Shown: positions 41,313 to 51,284 of the stretch, in pieces
Layout of the letters: each line of letters opens with the position of its first letter
How positions within the stretch are numbered: position 1 is the first letter of the stretch
Assembly (NCBI GenBank): GCA_964648465.1
Contig: CAZYMU010000001.1
Location: 56,230-120,229, forward strand
DNA length: 64,000 nt
Reading direction: 5' to 3'
Source of the DNA: an uncultured Eubacteriales bacterium
Lineage (GTDB): Bacteria; Acidobacteriota; Aminicenantia; Aminicenantales; Aminicenantaceae
Program-made: the position numbers and the translations under genes
The notes under the pieces: model-generated
What the model was told of the DNA's origin: nothing
Database searches by the model: none
The model's input: the letters and a program-made list of their open reading frames with translations, nothing else

Positions 41313-42938
41313 ATGAACAAAAAGAATAAAATAGCATTTTATTTGGCCGGATTTTTAGTATTAATATTTTTTAGTTTAAATGCAGAAGCAAGTCCGATAT
41401 TAAATGATGAAAAACCAGTTAAAGATGTAGTAAAGAAGGTATATCCTTCAGTCGTAAGAGTAGAAGTCAGAAACGGGATAAGAAAGGTTGCAACCGGAGT
41501 CATTATTGACAAGGATGGGCACATAGTGACAACAGCTCTCATATCGCCTCGAGATGAAGAAATATTTATTACTACTTCGGATGGAAAAAATATTCAGGCA
41601 GAGTTTATGGGTATGGATTCAATGACTCACCTGGCATTAATCAAAAGCAAAGGAGATAAATTAACTCCTATATCTTTAGGAAAGACGGGGGATATCTCAA
41701 CTGGCTCCTGGATAGGAGTTGTCAGTATATCGCCTGAAAATAAAGCTGCTGTCACGCAGGGAATTGTAAGTTCAATTAGTAAGGATACGCTCCGTTTGAA
41801 TGTTTGGGTCGTCCCGGGTACTAGCGGAAGCCCGGTTATTGATAGCAAAGGGCATATGATTGGCCTAGTAAGAGGGGTTTATTCAGACAGTGTTGTTTAT
41901 GAGGTTGGAAGGGAGGAAACCAGAAGTACAGGATATTTATTCCATAGAGAGGAGGGACCTTCTTCTGCAATGGTAAAAGCTGTCCCTGTTAACATCGTTA
42001 AAAATGTTGTCTCTGAAATAAAGGAAAAAGGGAAAGTTGAAAGAGGGTGGATCGGTGTTTCAATTGTAGAGAATGAAGATGGAGAGGTAGAGATTGTTAG
42101 TATTGAAGATAAATCTCCGGCTGAACTGGCAAAACTAGAAAAAGGAGATGTTATCTTGGAGTTTGATGACATAAAAATAACAAGTACTGATATGCTTGCT
42201 GATGAAATCAGGAGGAGAAAGCCAGGAGATAATGTTTCAATGAAAATTGAAAGAGAAAGAAAAACTCGGGATGTAAAATTAAAGTTAGGTGAATATTCAG
42301 AGAAAGATATCTTACGGGAGTTTGAAATGAAATTTCCCCGTCTTTTTTCTCCCAAATTAACAAAGCCTATAGAACCACCCCGTATAAAAATTAAACCTGA
42401 GATATTCAAATGGAACCTTAGATCTAGAAATTATATTGGAGTTTATATAGAAGAACTCAATGAAGATCTTTCAGAGTATTTCGGCTTGAAGGGAAGCAAG
42501 GGACTACTTGTTTCAAAAGTCAGTGAAGGTAGTCCTGCAGAAAAGTCGGGGTTAAAGGTTGGAGATGTTATCTTCAGAGCAGACGAGAAGGAAGTAGAAA
42601 CCCTTAATGAATTGAGTCGATTGATTCAAAGAAAGAATAAAGGCGAAAAAATCAAAATTGAATTTTTGAGGGATAAAAAAAAGAAAATAATAGATGTAGA
42701 AATTGACGAGGAAGATAATAGAAATGATCTTTTCTTCTCAAAAAAATGGGAAGATGCTTCTCATCTCTGGAAGAATTATTCAGAAAAAATTAGGGAGCAG
42801 TATGAAAAAAGTGTTGAACAGTATTACAGTGAAGCTCGAAAAAAAATAAAGAAATTGAATGAAGAAATTGAAAAGAAAAAAGATGCAGAAAAAGAAATGC
42901 AAAAAGTAATCAAAAAGTATCGGTGCATAAGGGTTTAG
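41313..42938 (+). CDS. HtrA/DegP-family periplasmic serine protease with PDZ domains and a Lys/Glu-rich C-terminal tail
   Basis: A signal peptide, a trypsin-like domain with GTSGSPVID (catalytic Ser), and PDZ segments (GVYIEELNEDLSEYFGL...GSPAEKSGLKVGDVI) are present. An about 90-aa charged C-terminal extension follows. Confidence 0.8.
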   Translation: MNKKNKIAFYLAGFLVLIFFSLNAEASPILNDEKPVKDVVKKVYPSVVRVEVRNGIRKVATGVIIDKDGHIVTTALISPRDEEIFITTSDGKNIQAEFMGMDSMTHLALIKSKGDKLTPISLGKTGDISTGSWIGVVSISPENKAAVTQGIVSSISKDTLRLNVWVVPGTSGSPVIDSKGHMIGLVRGVYSDSVVYEVGREETRSTGYLFHREEGPSSAMVKAVPVNIVKNVVSEIKEKGKVERGWIGVSIVENEDGEVEIVSIEDKSPAELAKLEKGDVILEFDDIKITSTDMLADEIRRRKPGDNVSMKIERERKTRDVKLKLGEYSEKDILREFEMKFPRLFSPKLTKPIEPPRIKIKPEIFKWNLRSRNYIGVYIEELNEDLSEYFGLKGSKGLLVSKVSEGSPAEKSGLKVGDVIFRADEKEVETLNELSRLIQRKNKGEKIKIEFLRDKKKKIIDVEIDEEDNRNDLFFSKKWEDASHLWKNYSEKIREQYEKSVEQYYSEARKKIKKLNEEIEKKKDAEKEMQKVIKKYRCIRV

Positions 42939-43019
42939 ACTTGCTCTTGTGTCCATTCTCAGAGGGAGGCAGGGAGAGTATATATATGGCCTCCCTCTTT
43001 TATTAAGACTTCGGATTTA

Positions 43020-43601
43020 TCACTTAGACAGCCATTTAGTCATGAAAGTTTCATATTCATCAGGGGATAATCTTGTTTTCTTAAAAAAATCTTTTGCAGC
43101 CCTCTGTCTCATTGCTTCATAAAGTACAATCCCAACCGAAACAGAAAGATTCAAGCTGTGGACCATGCCAATCATTGGGATTTTAATTACATAATCTGCA
43201 AAGTCCAGGGCTTCAGAAGAGATTCCTTCTGATTCATTGCCGAAAATTATGGCAGTTGGTTCTGTATAGTCTACTGCTTGATAAGAAATGGATTCATTGC
43301 TCAGGTGAGTGGCAGCGATCTTAAACCCTTTCTCTTTTAATAGAGATAGACATTCAGAAGGGGAAGAATAATGATTGAAATGAAGCCATTTTTCTGCCCG
43401 TGTAGATATAGCCTCATTAATAGGAAAAAGTTTTTGACCGAGGGAAATAATGTCAAGATGCAGTATACCGGCGGCATCGCAGGTCCTGGCAACCGCACTT
43501 GCATTATGGGTGTTTGTGACTTTTTCAAGGACAACTCTCAGGTCGGGTTGGCGTAATGACAATACTCTTTCAACCTTTTCTATTCTTTTTTTTGTTGGCA
43601 T
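43020..43601 (-). CDS. SpoU/TrmH-family RNA 2'-O-methyltransferase
   Basis: 193 aa. The SPOUT motifs are present (NASAVARTCDAAG ... IFGNESEGIS ... IPMIGMVHSLNLSVSVGIVLYE). Confidence 0.7.
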   Translation of the reverse strand: MPTKKRIEKVERVLSLRQPDLRVVLEKVTNTHNASAVARTCDAAGILHLDIISLGQKLFPINEAISTRAEKWLHFNHYSSPSECLSLLKEKGFKIAATHLSNESISYQAVDYTEPTAIIFGNESEGISSEALDFADYVIKIPMIGMVHSLNLSVSVGIVLYEAMRQRAAKDFFKKTRLSPDEYETFMTKWLSK

Positions 43602-43681
43602 AATCTGAATATAACAAACGATCTTTCAAAACGCAAAACTCAAATGAAATAGGTTTTGGAAAAACTGGCGTTTGTAGTCTG

Positions 43682-44233
43682 TTAGAAAAAAAGTGTTTTG
43701 AGAGCTATGACCAACCAGAAGAAAAAAAATCCAGCTAGAGCCCTAATTTCTCTGTTTTTTCGATAAAGTGTCCAGTTGAATTTATTTGGATTAACTGATT
43801 GGCATAGTTTTAAAGATGGAAAAAACAGCGGGACATTTTTTCGGAATTCTTCATATTCGCTCGGAAAACATTTGTTCATCCTGTTCTTTTCCTTGTTTAT
43901 CGCAATAGGGTAGAAAAGGAAGAAATAAGCTGTAAAAATCGCAAATACCCACCATGAAAGAGAGCTAACAACAATGCTGATGCCTATAATCAAATTCCCA
44001 AGATAAAGAGGGTTTCTTGTATATCTATAAGGCCCTGAGACGGTCAATTCCTTTTCCTTCTGGATATGGCCGCTGGCCCAAGTTCTTATGAGGAGACCTA
44101 TCATAGTAAGTGATATGCCTCCAACTATAGAATAAACGTTTGATTTGGAAAGAATGATAACGGGAATAATTACTATTAAGCCGCTTTTCACTCTCCACTT
44201 ATAGAGTGTTTCTTCCAATTTTGAATTAAGCAT
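43682..44233 (-). CDS. membrane methyltransferase of the isoprenylcysteine-carboxyl/phospholipid methyltransferase family
   Basis: 183 aa, polytopic, with the RYTRNPLYLG signature. Confidence 0.55.
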   Translation of the reverse strand: MLNSKLEETLYKWRVKSGLIVIIPVIILSKSNVYSIVGGISLTMIGLLIRTWASGHIQKEKELTVSGPYRYTRNPLYLGNLIIGISIVVSSLSWWVFAIFTAYFFLFYPIAINKEKNRMNKCFPSEYEEFRKNVPLFFPSLKLCQSVNPNKFNWTLYRKNREIRALAGFFFFWLVIALKTLFF

Positions 44234-45251
44234 TTTCCTTTAATATTTGAAGGCTTGAAAAAGCTACTTCCTCAGGAGTAATTCTTTTAAGGCATTCCAG
44301 GCTTGAACATTTTCTTTTATAACAATAACTGCAGTCTAATTCGTGAAATATTACTCTGTCCCGGGGATTAAAAGGGCCATTTCTCTTGGGGTTAGTAGGT
44401 CCAAATAGACCTACAACTGGGCGTGAAAGAGCACATGCTGCCTGGAGAGCAAAAGTATCTCCGCTGACAACAAGAGAGGCTTTTTTGATAAGCGCTATGA
44501 CTTCCTTAAGGGATAAAAACGGAGATATGGATATGGCAGTCTTTTCACTAATATTTTCTGCAAGTTTTTTTTCCTTTTCATTTCCCCATAAGAGGAGGAG
44601 AAAAAGATGTTTTTGTTTCCTCTTAATTATCTGGATAAATTTAATCCATTTTTCTGGATACCACATTTTGGTTTCCCATGCAGCACCGACATTTAGGATG
44701 ATTATTCTTTTTTCTTCATCATGGCCAATTTTTTTAAGTTTCATTTTGACTGATTCTGTAATTCCATCTGGAATGATAACAGGGAATTCATATGTCTTTT
44801 CCTGTATTCCTAGCATAGAGAGAAGCTTCATGTTTTTAGTGATAACATGAATGTTTTCAGGTATCTTGCAAAGTCTATCTGTATAAAAAAAAGAAGCGAT
44901 AGGTTCTTTCAAATTTTTACGGTGGAAACCTATTCTCTTTTGTGCTCCGGATAAAAATGTTATGAGCCCGGATTTTGCAAGGCCTTGAAAATCAAGAGCA
45001 ACGTTGCAGTTTTCATGTTTAAGATGTAAGATTTCTTGCCAGAATCTCATTTGAGTTGTCTGGTATCCTTTAGCTCGAATAGTAATTACTTTGTCTATTC
45101 CGGGAACAAGTTCAAGAATTTGTTTTCCTTTATTTTCCACGACCCAAGAAATCCTTGTGTGTGGAAATTTTTTTCGTAGAGCCGAATATGCTGGAAGAGT
45201 ATGTATGATATCTCCAAGTGAACTAAGCCTTACAATCAGGTAATTATTCAT
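44226..45251 (-). CDS. ADP-heptose:LPS heptosyltransferase (glycosyltransferase family 9)
   Basis: 341 aa. The N-terminus IVRLSSLGDIIHTLPAYSALRKKFP is typical of WaaC/WaaF. Co-oriented with the ADP-heptose synthesis genes. Confidence 0.7.
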   Translation of the reverse strand: MNNYLIVRLSSLGDIIHTLPAYSALRKKFPHTRISWVVENKGKQILELVPGIDKVITIRAKGYQTTQMRFWQEILHLKHENCNVALDFQGLAKSGLITFLSGAQKRIGFHRKNLKEPIASFFYTDRLCKIPENIHVITKNMKLLSMLGIQEKTYEFPVIIPDGITESVKMKLKKIGHDEEKRIIILNVGAAWETKMWYPEKWIKFIQIIKRKQKHLFLLLLWGNEKEKKLAENISEKTAISISPFLSLKEVIALIKKASLVVSGDTFALQAACALSRPVVGLFGPTNPKRNGPFNPRDRVIFHELDCSYCYKRKCSSLECLKRITPEEVAFSSLQILKENA

Positions 45252-45751
45252 TGTAAAGATTCAGAGGTTTTACTAATGCAAATTTTTGCAGCAATTTCCT
45301 TGATGAGTTCAGAAGTTGATTTAATTTTGGGTCCCCCAGCGATAATGATTTTGCCTCCATAACTTTGCACTGTCTTTTTTTCCGGCACTGTCTTCGGTGT
45401 GTAATCTGAACCTTTTGCATGAACATGAGGTTTAAGAACAAGAAGAATATTTTCTACATTATCTTCTTCAAATATTGTGATGTAATCGACAAATGAAAAA
45501 GAGCCTAATATTTCAGCACGATCTTTTTCCCCGAGTATGGGCCTCCCTTTTCCTTTAAGCTTGTGAACGGAAGCATCGCTGTTCAAAGCTACAACCAGAA
45601 CATCTCCCAAATTTTTTGACTCTTTCAAATATCTTATATGTCCAACATGTATTAAGTCAAAACACCCATTGGCGAGAATGACCATATTTCCTTTTTTTTT
45701 GTGATCATAAATTGCCTTTCTTAATTGCGGAAGAGAATGCAGTTTTTTCAA
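45248..45751 (-). CDS. D-glycero-beta-D-manno-heptose 1-phosphate adenylyltransferase (RfaE domain II, stand-alone)
   Basis: 167 aa. Cytidylyltransferase motif VILANGCFDLIHVGHIRYL. Confidence 0.75.
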   Translation of the reverse strand: MKKLHSLPQLRKAIYDHKKKGNMVILANGCFDLIHVGHIRYLKESKNLGDVLVVALNSDASVHKLKGKGRPILGEKDRAEILGSFSFVDYITIFEEDNVENILLVLKPHVHAKGSDYTPKTVPEKKTVQSYGGKIIIAGGPKIKSTSELIKEIAAKICISKTSESLQ

Positions 45752-45753
45752 TT

Positions 45754-46755
45754 TTAAGAATCGATAACTTTTTTTAATTCATTTACAGTTAGAGTGGAAG
45801 TGCCTTTTTTCATGACAACGATGCCTCCAGCATAGTTTGCAAGAAGGGCAGCATCTTTGAAAGTTGCTCCAGCAGATAATGCCAGTGTAAAAACACTAAT
45901 GACTGTGTCTCCAGCACCTGTTCCATCAACTATATCAGTTGTACCGTATATGGGAATATTATATGGGGTTTTCCCCTTTTCGAAAAGCACCATACCTTGA
46001 GAGCCTCTTGTCATGAGAACAGCCTGGGCTTCTTCTCTGTTCAAGAAAGTCGTCCCTGCATTTTTGAGAGTTTGAGAGTTATCATCAATTTCAATTCTAA
46101 GAGCTTCTTCAACTTCGGGTTCATTTGGAGTTGAAACTGTTATGCCCTTGAAATTTAAAGGCCTGAAACGCGAATCGAGTGCAATAGGTATGCTGGATTT
46201 TTTAAAGAGTGGAAGCACCTGGTAAAAAATATCCTCTTTGACTGAATAATAATTATAATCGGAAATTATTAGGGCGCTCGAATTATTATTTAAGTCCTTG
46301 AGTAATTTTCGGAGTTTTTGTTTTAAGGCGCTGTTCTCTGGGACTTTTTCATCCCTGTCAATGCGGAGAATCTGCTGCTTTTTTGCGGTCTCCTCGCCGG
46401 CAAGAATTCTTGTTTTTATTGGTGTGTTAAAATCCTTTTCTTTGATCAAGTACTCTGTTGGTATTCCTTTTTGTTTCATTATATGTGCAATTTTTCTGCC
46501 TGCAGCATCATAACCTATAACCCCAACAGGGAGAGGTTCTGCTCCTAATGATTTGAGGTTAAGGAGGGAATTTCCTGCTCCACCAAGCGAGAATTCTTCA
46601 TTTTTATAAGATAGGATAAGAACAGGAGCTTCTCTAGAAATGCGGCGTGTATTTCCGTAGAGGTATTCATCCAGGATAAAATCGCCCCAGACGCAGATTT
46701 TCTTTTCAGAAAAACGGTCAATGATTTCGAGTAATTTTTTCTTTTCTTTGTTCAT
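45754..46755 (-). CDS. D-glycero-beta-D-manno-heptose 7-phosphate kinase (RfaE domain I, PfkB family)
   Basis: 333 aa. The ribokinase-like fold motifs (GGAGNS ... GAGDT) are present. Confidence 0.75.
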   Translation of the reverse strand: MNKEKKKLLEIIDRFSEKKICVWGDFILDEYLYGNTRRISREAPVLILSYKNEEFSLGGAGNSLLNLKSLGAEPLPVGVIGYDAAGRKIAHIMKQKGIPTEYLIKEKDFNTPIKTRILAGEETAKKQQILRIDRDEKVPENSALKQKLRKLLKDLNNNSSALIISDYNYYSVKEDIFYQVLPLFKKSSIPIALDSRFRPLNFKGITVSTPNEPEVEEALRIEIDDNSQTLKNAGTTFLNREEAQAVLMTRGSQGMVLFEKGKTPYNIPIYGTTDIVDGTGAGDTVISVFTLALSAGATFKDAALLANYAGGIVVMKKGTSTLTVNELKKVIDS

Positions 46756-47182
46756 AAAACTTTAGTCAAAGATTTTGACAGAAATAGGTTAAAACGTCAA
46801 CTTACAATGTTAACATAAGTTGCAGCAATATTTTCAAATATTATTAATTAAAAACTGTTAGTTTGGAAAGTTAAGGGCAAATAATAAACAAATATCTTTA
46901 TTTAAAAATTGTAATATATTTAGTATAGTATTGCGTGGATCTGTTTTATTAAGGATTTTTCATGAATGTACGCGGGAGATATGAACGAATTCATGACCAG
47001 TTATCATTACCAATAGAAGGAGTAACGCTGGAAGAAATGTTATTAACAAGAAATGAGCTTGCATCTGAATACGAATATTCTGTTTCATTAGGATTAAGCT
47101 ATACATTTGGTTCTGTTTTTAGCAGTGTTGTAAATCCGCGTTTTGGAAATGGGGGAAGAAGATACTATTAAAAAAGTGGTAT

Positions 47183-47268
47183 GCCGGAGTGGCGAAATTG
47201 GCAGACGCGCTGGACTCAAAATCCAGTTCCAGGCAACTGGAGTGTGGGTTCGACTCCCTCCTCCGGCA
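47183..47268 (+). tRNA. tRNA-Leu (anticodon CAA), class II with long variable arm
   Basis: Manual fold gives acceptor GCCGGAG/CTCCGGC, D-arm GTGGCGAAATTGGCAGACGC, anticodon stem CTGGA/TCCAG with loop CTCAAAA, and a long variable arm. The T-arm has one mismatch. Confidence 0.75.
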
Positions 47269-47330
47269 TAATGATTCAAGTTAGCAAGTTAAAATGGAAA
47301 AAATGAATAATTTTTTAAGGGAGTTGTAAT

Positions 47331-48842
47331 ATGTCAGTAAGTAATTTGTCCCTGGCAAATCCTATTTCTATTTTTTTAAATAAGCCTAATAATGATTTTA
47401 AGAGAAAGGATTTTATCAGGATTATCGAACAAAAAAAGATTGAGCGTATTACGTTTCATTACACGGCTATTGACGGAAGATTAAAAGAACTAAAATTGCC
47501 TGTGTCATGTACCGAGCATGCTGAACGTATTCTTGCCGAAGGCGAACGCGTAGACGGCTCTTCCCTTTTTAAGGGGATTGTTGATGCTTCTTTATCTGAT
47601 TTATATATTATGCCAGAGTATAAAACAGCATTTCTTAATCCTTTTGATGAAGGAAGTCTGGATTTCATCTGCCGTTATATGACTAAAGATGGAAATCTTG
47701 CTCCGTTTGCTCCAGACAATATTTTGGCTAAGGCAAGAAAGTTTTTCTGTGAAAAAACAGGTCTTGATATAAAAGCTATGGGGGAGCTAGAGTTTTTTCT
47801 ATTATCAAAGAGGGATCAAATTAGTTATCCGGTAGGCAGCCAGCAAGCCTATCATGAATCAGCACCTTTTGTGAAAAATGGAGAAATTTTAGATGAGATG
47901 GTTCGATGTATCACACGGATTACAGGTGCCGTGAAATATAGTCACAGCGAGGTAGGTTTTATTGATAACATTGAAAGCGAGATGGATGAAATAAATGGCA
48001 TGCAGGCTGAGCAGCATGAAGTAGAATTTATTCCTACCGATGTCCAGGAAATGGCAGATGTACTCGTATTGGCAAGATGGATAATTCGCAATGTTGCTTA
48101 TAAACACGGTTGTATTGCAACATTTGTCCCAAAACTAGAAGAAGGTGTAGCTGGAAATGGATTCCATTTTCATGTTGAGCTTGTAAAGGATGGGAGAAAT
48201 ATAATGCTGGATTCAAATGGCAAGTTATCAGATGCTGCATTCCGCCTTATTGGCGGACTGTGTGAATATGCAGATTCCTTGACCGCTTTTGGAAATACAG
48301 TGGCCTCATCGTATTTGCGTCTTGTACCTAATCAGGAAGCCCCTGTGCGGATCTGCTGGAGTAATTTGAATCGGAGTGTATTGATCCGAGTGCCGCTTAG
48401 CTGGGCAAATTTAAACAATATAGTAAAAAAAGTTAATCCTCAAAAGGATGATCCGGATGTTATTGATATACAATGCCGCCAGACAGTTGAGTTGAGAAGT
48501 CCTGATGGGAGTGCTTATATTCATTTGCTTATGGCAGGAATTGTAATGGCTGCAGAATGGGCTTTTGAAAAAGATCGTTCTATGGAACTAGCTGAGAAGT
48601 TATATGTAAAAGGGGATAATTTCGAAAATAATGATATTCTTGAGTGTCTACCTTCAAGCTGTAAAGAATCAGGACAGAATCTTATTGATAGACGGAACTT
48701 ATATGAAAGAGGAAACATTTTTCCAGCCAGCGTTATTGATTATTTTGCAACATCTATTAAAAAAGAAGAAATATTACCTATGGATTTTAACCGTCCCAGC
48801 AATATAAAGAAAATTATGCATAAAGATCTACACAAACATTAA
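47331..48842 (+). CDS. glutamine synthetase family protein
   Basis: 503 aa. The GS catalytic-domain motifs are present: DGSS, GNGFHFHVEL (compare GSGMHxHxS) and an SVLIRVP arginine loop. Confidence 0.55.
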   Translation: MSVSNLSLANPISIFLNKPNNDFKRKDFIRIIEQKKIERITFHYTAIDGRLKELKLPVSCTEHAERILAEGERVDGSSLFKGIVDASLSDLYIMPEYKTAFLNPFDEGSLDFICRYMTKDGNLAPFAPDNILAKARKFFCEKTGLDIKAMGELEFFLLSKRDQISYPVGSQQAYHESAPFVKNGEILDEMVRCITRITGAVKYSHSEVGFIDNIESEMDEINGMQAEQHEVEFIPTDVQEMADVLVLARWIIRNVAYKHGCIATFVPKLEEGVAGNGFHFHVELVKDGRNIMLDSNGKLSDAAFRLIGGLCEYADSLTAFGNTVASSYLRLVPNQEAPVRICWSNLNRSVLIRVPLSWANLNNIVKKVNPQKDDPDVIDIQCRQTVELRSPDGSAYIHLLMAGIVMAAEWAFEKDRSMELAEKLYVKGDNFENNDILECLPSSCKESGQNLIDRRNLYERGNIFPASVIDYFATSIKKEEILPMDFNRPSNIKKIMHKDLHKH

Positions 48843-49111
48843 TTCCTAATGATATCAGGCAGATTTATTGTATGCTAAGTTAGAAATAACTGGGTTGTGT
48901 TTATAGTTAATGTGAATAAGCCAGTTTTATATATTTTTAATGAAAAAAGTTGATTTTTAATTTAAATATAGTATAATAAAAGTAAGCTTTGTTAAGCTGG
49001 CTGGACAGAGTTTAAACCCTTCTTTATTATCCCCTTTTTGCTTGTTTTCCCCAAATCAAAACAGCCAGCATTATATTTTTTGCTAAGTAATCCAGACTAA
49101 CTCCAACCCAG

Positions 49112-49350
49112 CGCTGCTTAAGATAAACATGCGGAGTTCCAGAAGAGCCGAGAAGATAGAGAGGAAATGGCGTTAAAATCTTAGTGGAGCGCAAACATGC
49201 ACTCAAATTCATCTATTATCAGCAATTTTTACCTTACAGGCGAGCCGATCTTACCGCATCTGATTCGTTACAGCCCATTCGTGGTGAAGGACCACAACTT
49301 CATGCGCTGTGCATTGCATCTGAGGCAAGCTTGACTCATGAATAACCCAG
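49112..49350 (+). repeat. modular intergenic repeat, copy B (modules M2-M3-TIR-M5), 110 bp upstream of the C69 dipeptidase gene
   Basis: Matches 31078..31125 (M2), 30654..30790 (TIR+M5) and the reverse complement of 61968..62100. Confidence 0.55.
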
Positions 49351-49459
49351 GTTAAATATTTCTTATATATCATTTTAAAATAAATAAGAAAACAAAACCA
49401 ATTGAAAAATGTGTTAAGTTGACCTCATACTTTTCTCTATGTTATAAGCTTATTGGATT

Positions 49460-51079
49460 GTGGCTGAAATGTCACACAAAAAAAGGAGACAGACGATGAA
49501 AAAGCTAAAACTATCGAAATATTATTGGATTCCTATGTTTATTTTAATTATGTTGTTTTTTGCTTATTCTGCCGAGATTTTGCAGAATGATCAAAAGATA
49601 GAGTTTGAGGGGTGTACGAGTATTATTGCTGGGAGACTAGCCTCAGTCGATGGTTCTACAATGACTTCTCATTCGTGCGATAGTGGAACAGATCGCACCT
49701 GGATAAATATAGTCCCTCATAAAAAACATAAAAAGGGGGAGATGTGCACGCTTTATTTCCAATCAAAAATGACAAAAGGGCCTGATCATCCGGACAGACT
49801 TCCAAAAGGAAAAATTCCCCAGGTTCCTGAAACATATGCATATATTAATACGGCTTATCCGGTAATGAACGAGTATCAACTTGCTATCGGAGAAACTACT
49901 TTTGGGGGGAAACGTGAGCTGCACAGCGGTATCGGTATTATAGATTGTCCGGAACTTTATCGCCTTGTACTGGAGCGTGCCAAGACGGCCAAGGAAGCGA
50001 TCAAAATTGCTGATGAATTAACTAAGAAATATGGTTATATTGACCGGGGGGAATGTTTCACTTTTGCAGACCCCAAAGAAACCTGGCAGTTTGAGATTTT
50101 GGGACCAGGAAAAGGGAAAAAAGGGGCGGTATGGGCAGCCCAACGCATTCCTGATGATCAGGTGGGGGTTTCAGCGAATTCCTCCAGGATCAGAGAAATT
50201 AACCTCAAAAACGAAGATTATTTTATGGCATCGAGTAATGTGTATTCTTTGGCTGAAGAAATGGGTTGGTGGAACAAAAAAAGCGGCAAGCCCTTTGAGT
50301 TTTGCTATGCTTATGCCTCGAGAAACAGTATGGGTTCGCGCCGTCGGGAGTGGAGAGTATTGAGTTTTGTAGCTCCATCACTAAAATTGGATCCTAACTC
50401 AGAAAATTTTCCATTTTCTGTTAGGCCAGATAAAAAAATATCTGTGAAGAATATTATCGATATTTTTAGGGACGCATATGAAGGCACAGAATTTGATATG
50501 ACCAAAAGCATGATAACTGTTAACAGAAAAGGAGAGAAAGTTAAAAGCCCGGTCGCATGTCCTCATATGAACAGGGAACTGATGGCACTGTTCAGTATTA
50601 AAAGGGAAAGGACTATTTGTTCATCCTATGCAACATATCTTCAAGTTACTCAATCCAGAGGATGGCTTCCTGATGCTATAGGAGGAGTTGTTTGGATAGG
50701 CTATGATAACCCTGCAACAACACCTCATACGCCATTTTACTGTGGAATTTCTCGAATGCCTGATTCTTATATGGTAGATGGAAGATGGGGGTTTAAACGT
50801 GATTGTGCTTGGTGGGCGTTCCGAAGAGTCAGCCAGTTGGCTAAGTTCAGATGGCAGGATATTACTAAGGATATAGCAAAAGTCTGGAAAAATATCGAAG
50901 AGAAAGCCTTTACTGATCAGCCACGAATTGAAGAAGAAGCTGAAAGGATGTATAAAAAAAATCCTGAGAAGGCTAAAAAATTTCTAACGAAGTACTGTCT
51001 TGATGTCGCAAATCAGGCAGTTAAGACATACTGGAAATTGGGTGATGACCTGTGGGCTAAATACACAAGGTATTTTTAA
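49460..51079 (+). CDS. secreted peptidase C69-family dipeptidase
   Basis: A signal/TM segment is followed by GCTSIIAGRLASVDGS, the N-terminal nucleophile Cys motif of C69 dipeptidases. An alternative start lies at 49496. Confidence 0.6.
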   Translation: MAEMSHKKRRQTMKKLKLSKYYWIPMFILIMLFFAYSAEILQNDQKIEFEGCTSIIAGRLASVDGSTMTSHSCDSGTDRTWINIVPHKKHKKGEMCTLYFQSKMTKGPDHPDRLPKGKIPQVPETYAYINTAYPVMNEYQLAIGETTFGGKRELHSGIGIIDCPELYRLVLERAKTAKEAIKIADELTKKYGYIDRGECFTFADPKETWQFEILGPGKGKKGAVWAAQRIPDDQVGVSANSSRIREINLKNEDYFMASSNVYSLAEEMGWWNKKSGKPFEFCYAYASRNSMGSRRREWRVLSFVAPSLKLDPNSENFPFSVRPDKKISVKNIIDIFRDAYEGTEFDMTKSMITVNRKGEKVKSPVACPHMNRELMALFSIKRERTICSSYATYLQVTQSRGWLPDAIGGVVWIGYDNPATTPHTPFYCGISRMPDSYMVDGRWGFKRDCAWWAFRRVSQLAKFRWQDITKDIAKVWKNIEEKAFTDQPRIEEEAERMYKKNPEKAKKFLTKYCLDVANQAVKTYWKLGDDLWAKYTRYF

Positions 51080-51095
51080 GAATTTTTTATTCAAC

Positions 51096-51284
51096 CTAAT
51101 AAATAAACTGCCCCTTGATTTCTATCGGTAGTTTCCTGCCTTTTTCAATAAGTTCTATAAGCCTTTTGTGAGCAGAGTCTCTTCCAGTGTATAGATATCC
51201 TGAAATATAAACACGGTCTTCAGCACGAAGTTGTCCTCTTATTTTGTCAGAAACTGGAGTTTGATTAGTTTTAATGTCAAATTT
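51096..51284 (-). pseudogene. relic: N-terminal 62 codons of an Fe-S type fumarate/tartrate hydro-lyase beta subunit, no start codon
   Basis: Translates to ...RVYISGYLYTGRDSAHKRLIELIEKGRKLPIEIKGQFIY*, which matches the conserved N-terminus of FumB/TtdB beta subunits. It is in-frame with mdh, separated by a single TAG, and truncated immediately before the convergent C69 gene. Confidence 0.45.

Noticed and set aside
46962-47171. 69-aa ORF upstream of tRNA-Leu ending in GLSYTFGSVFSSVVNPRFGNGGRRYY
   Set aside because: No recognisable family and no convincing RBS. It may be another gene relic or chance ORF, and the evidence is insufficient.
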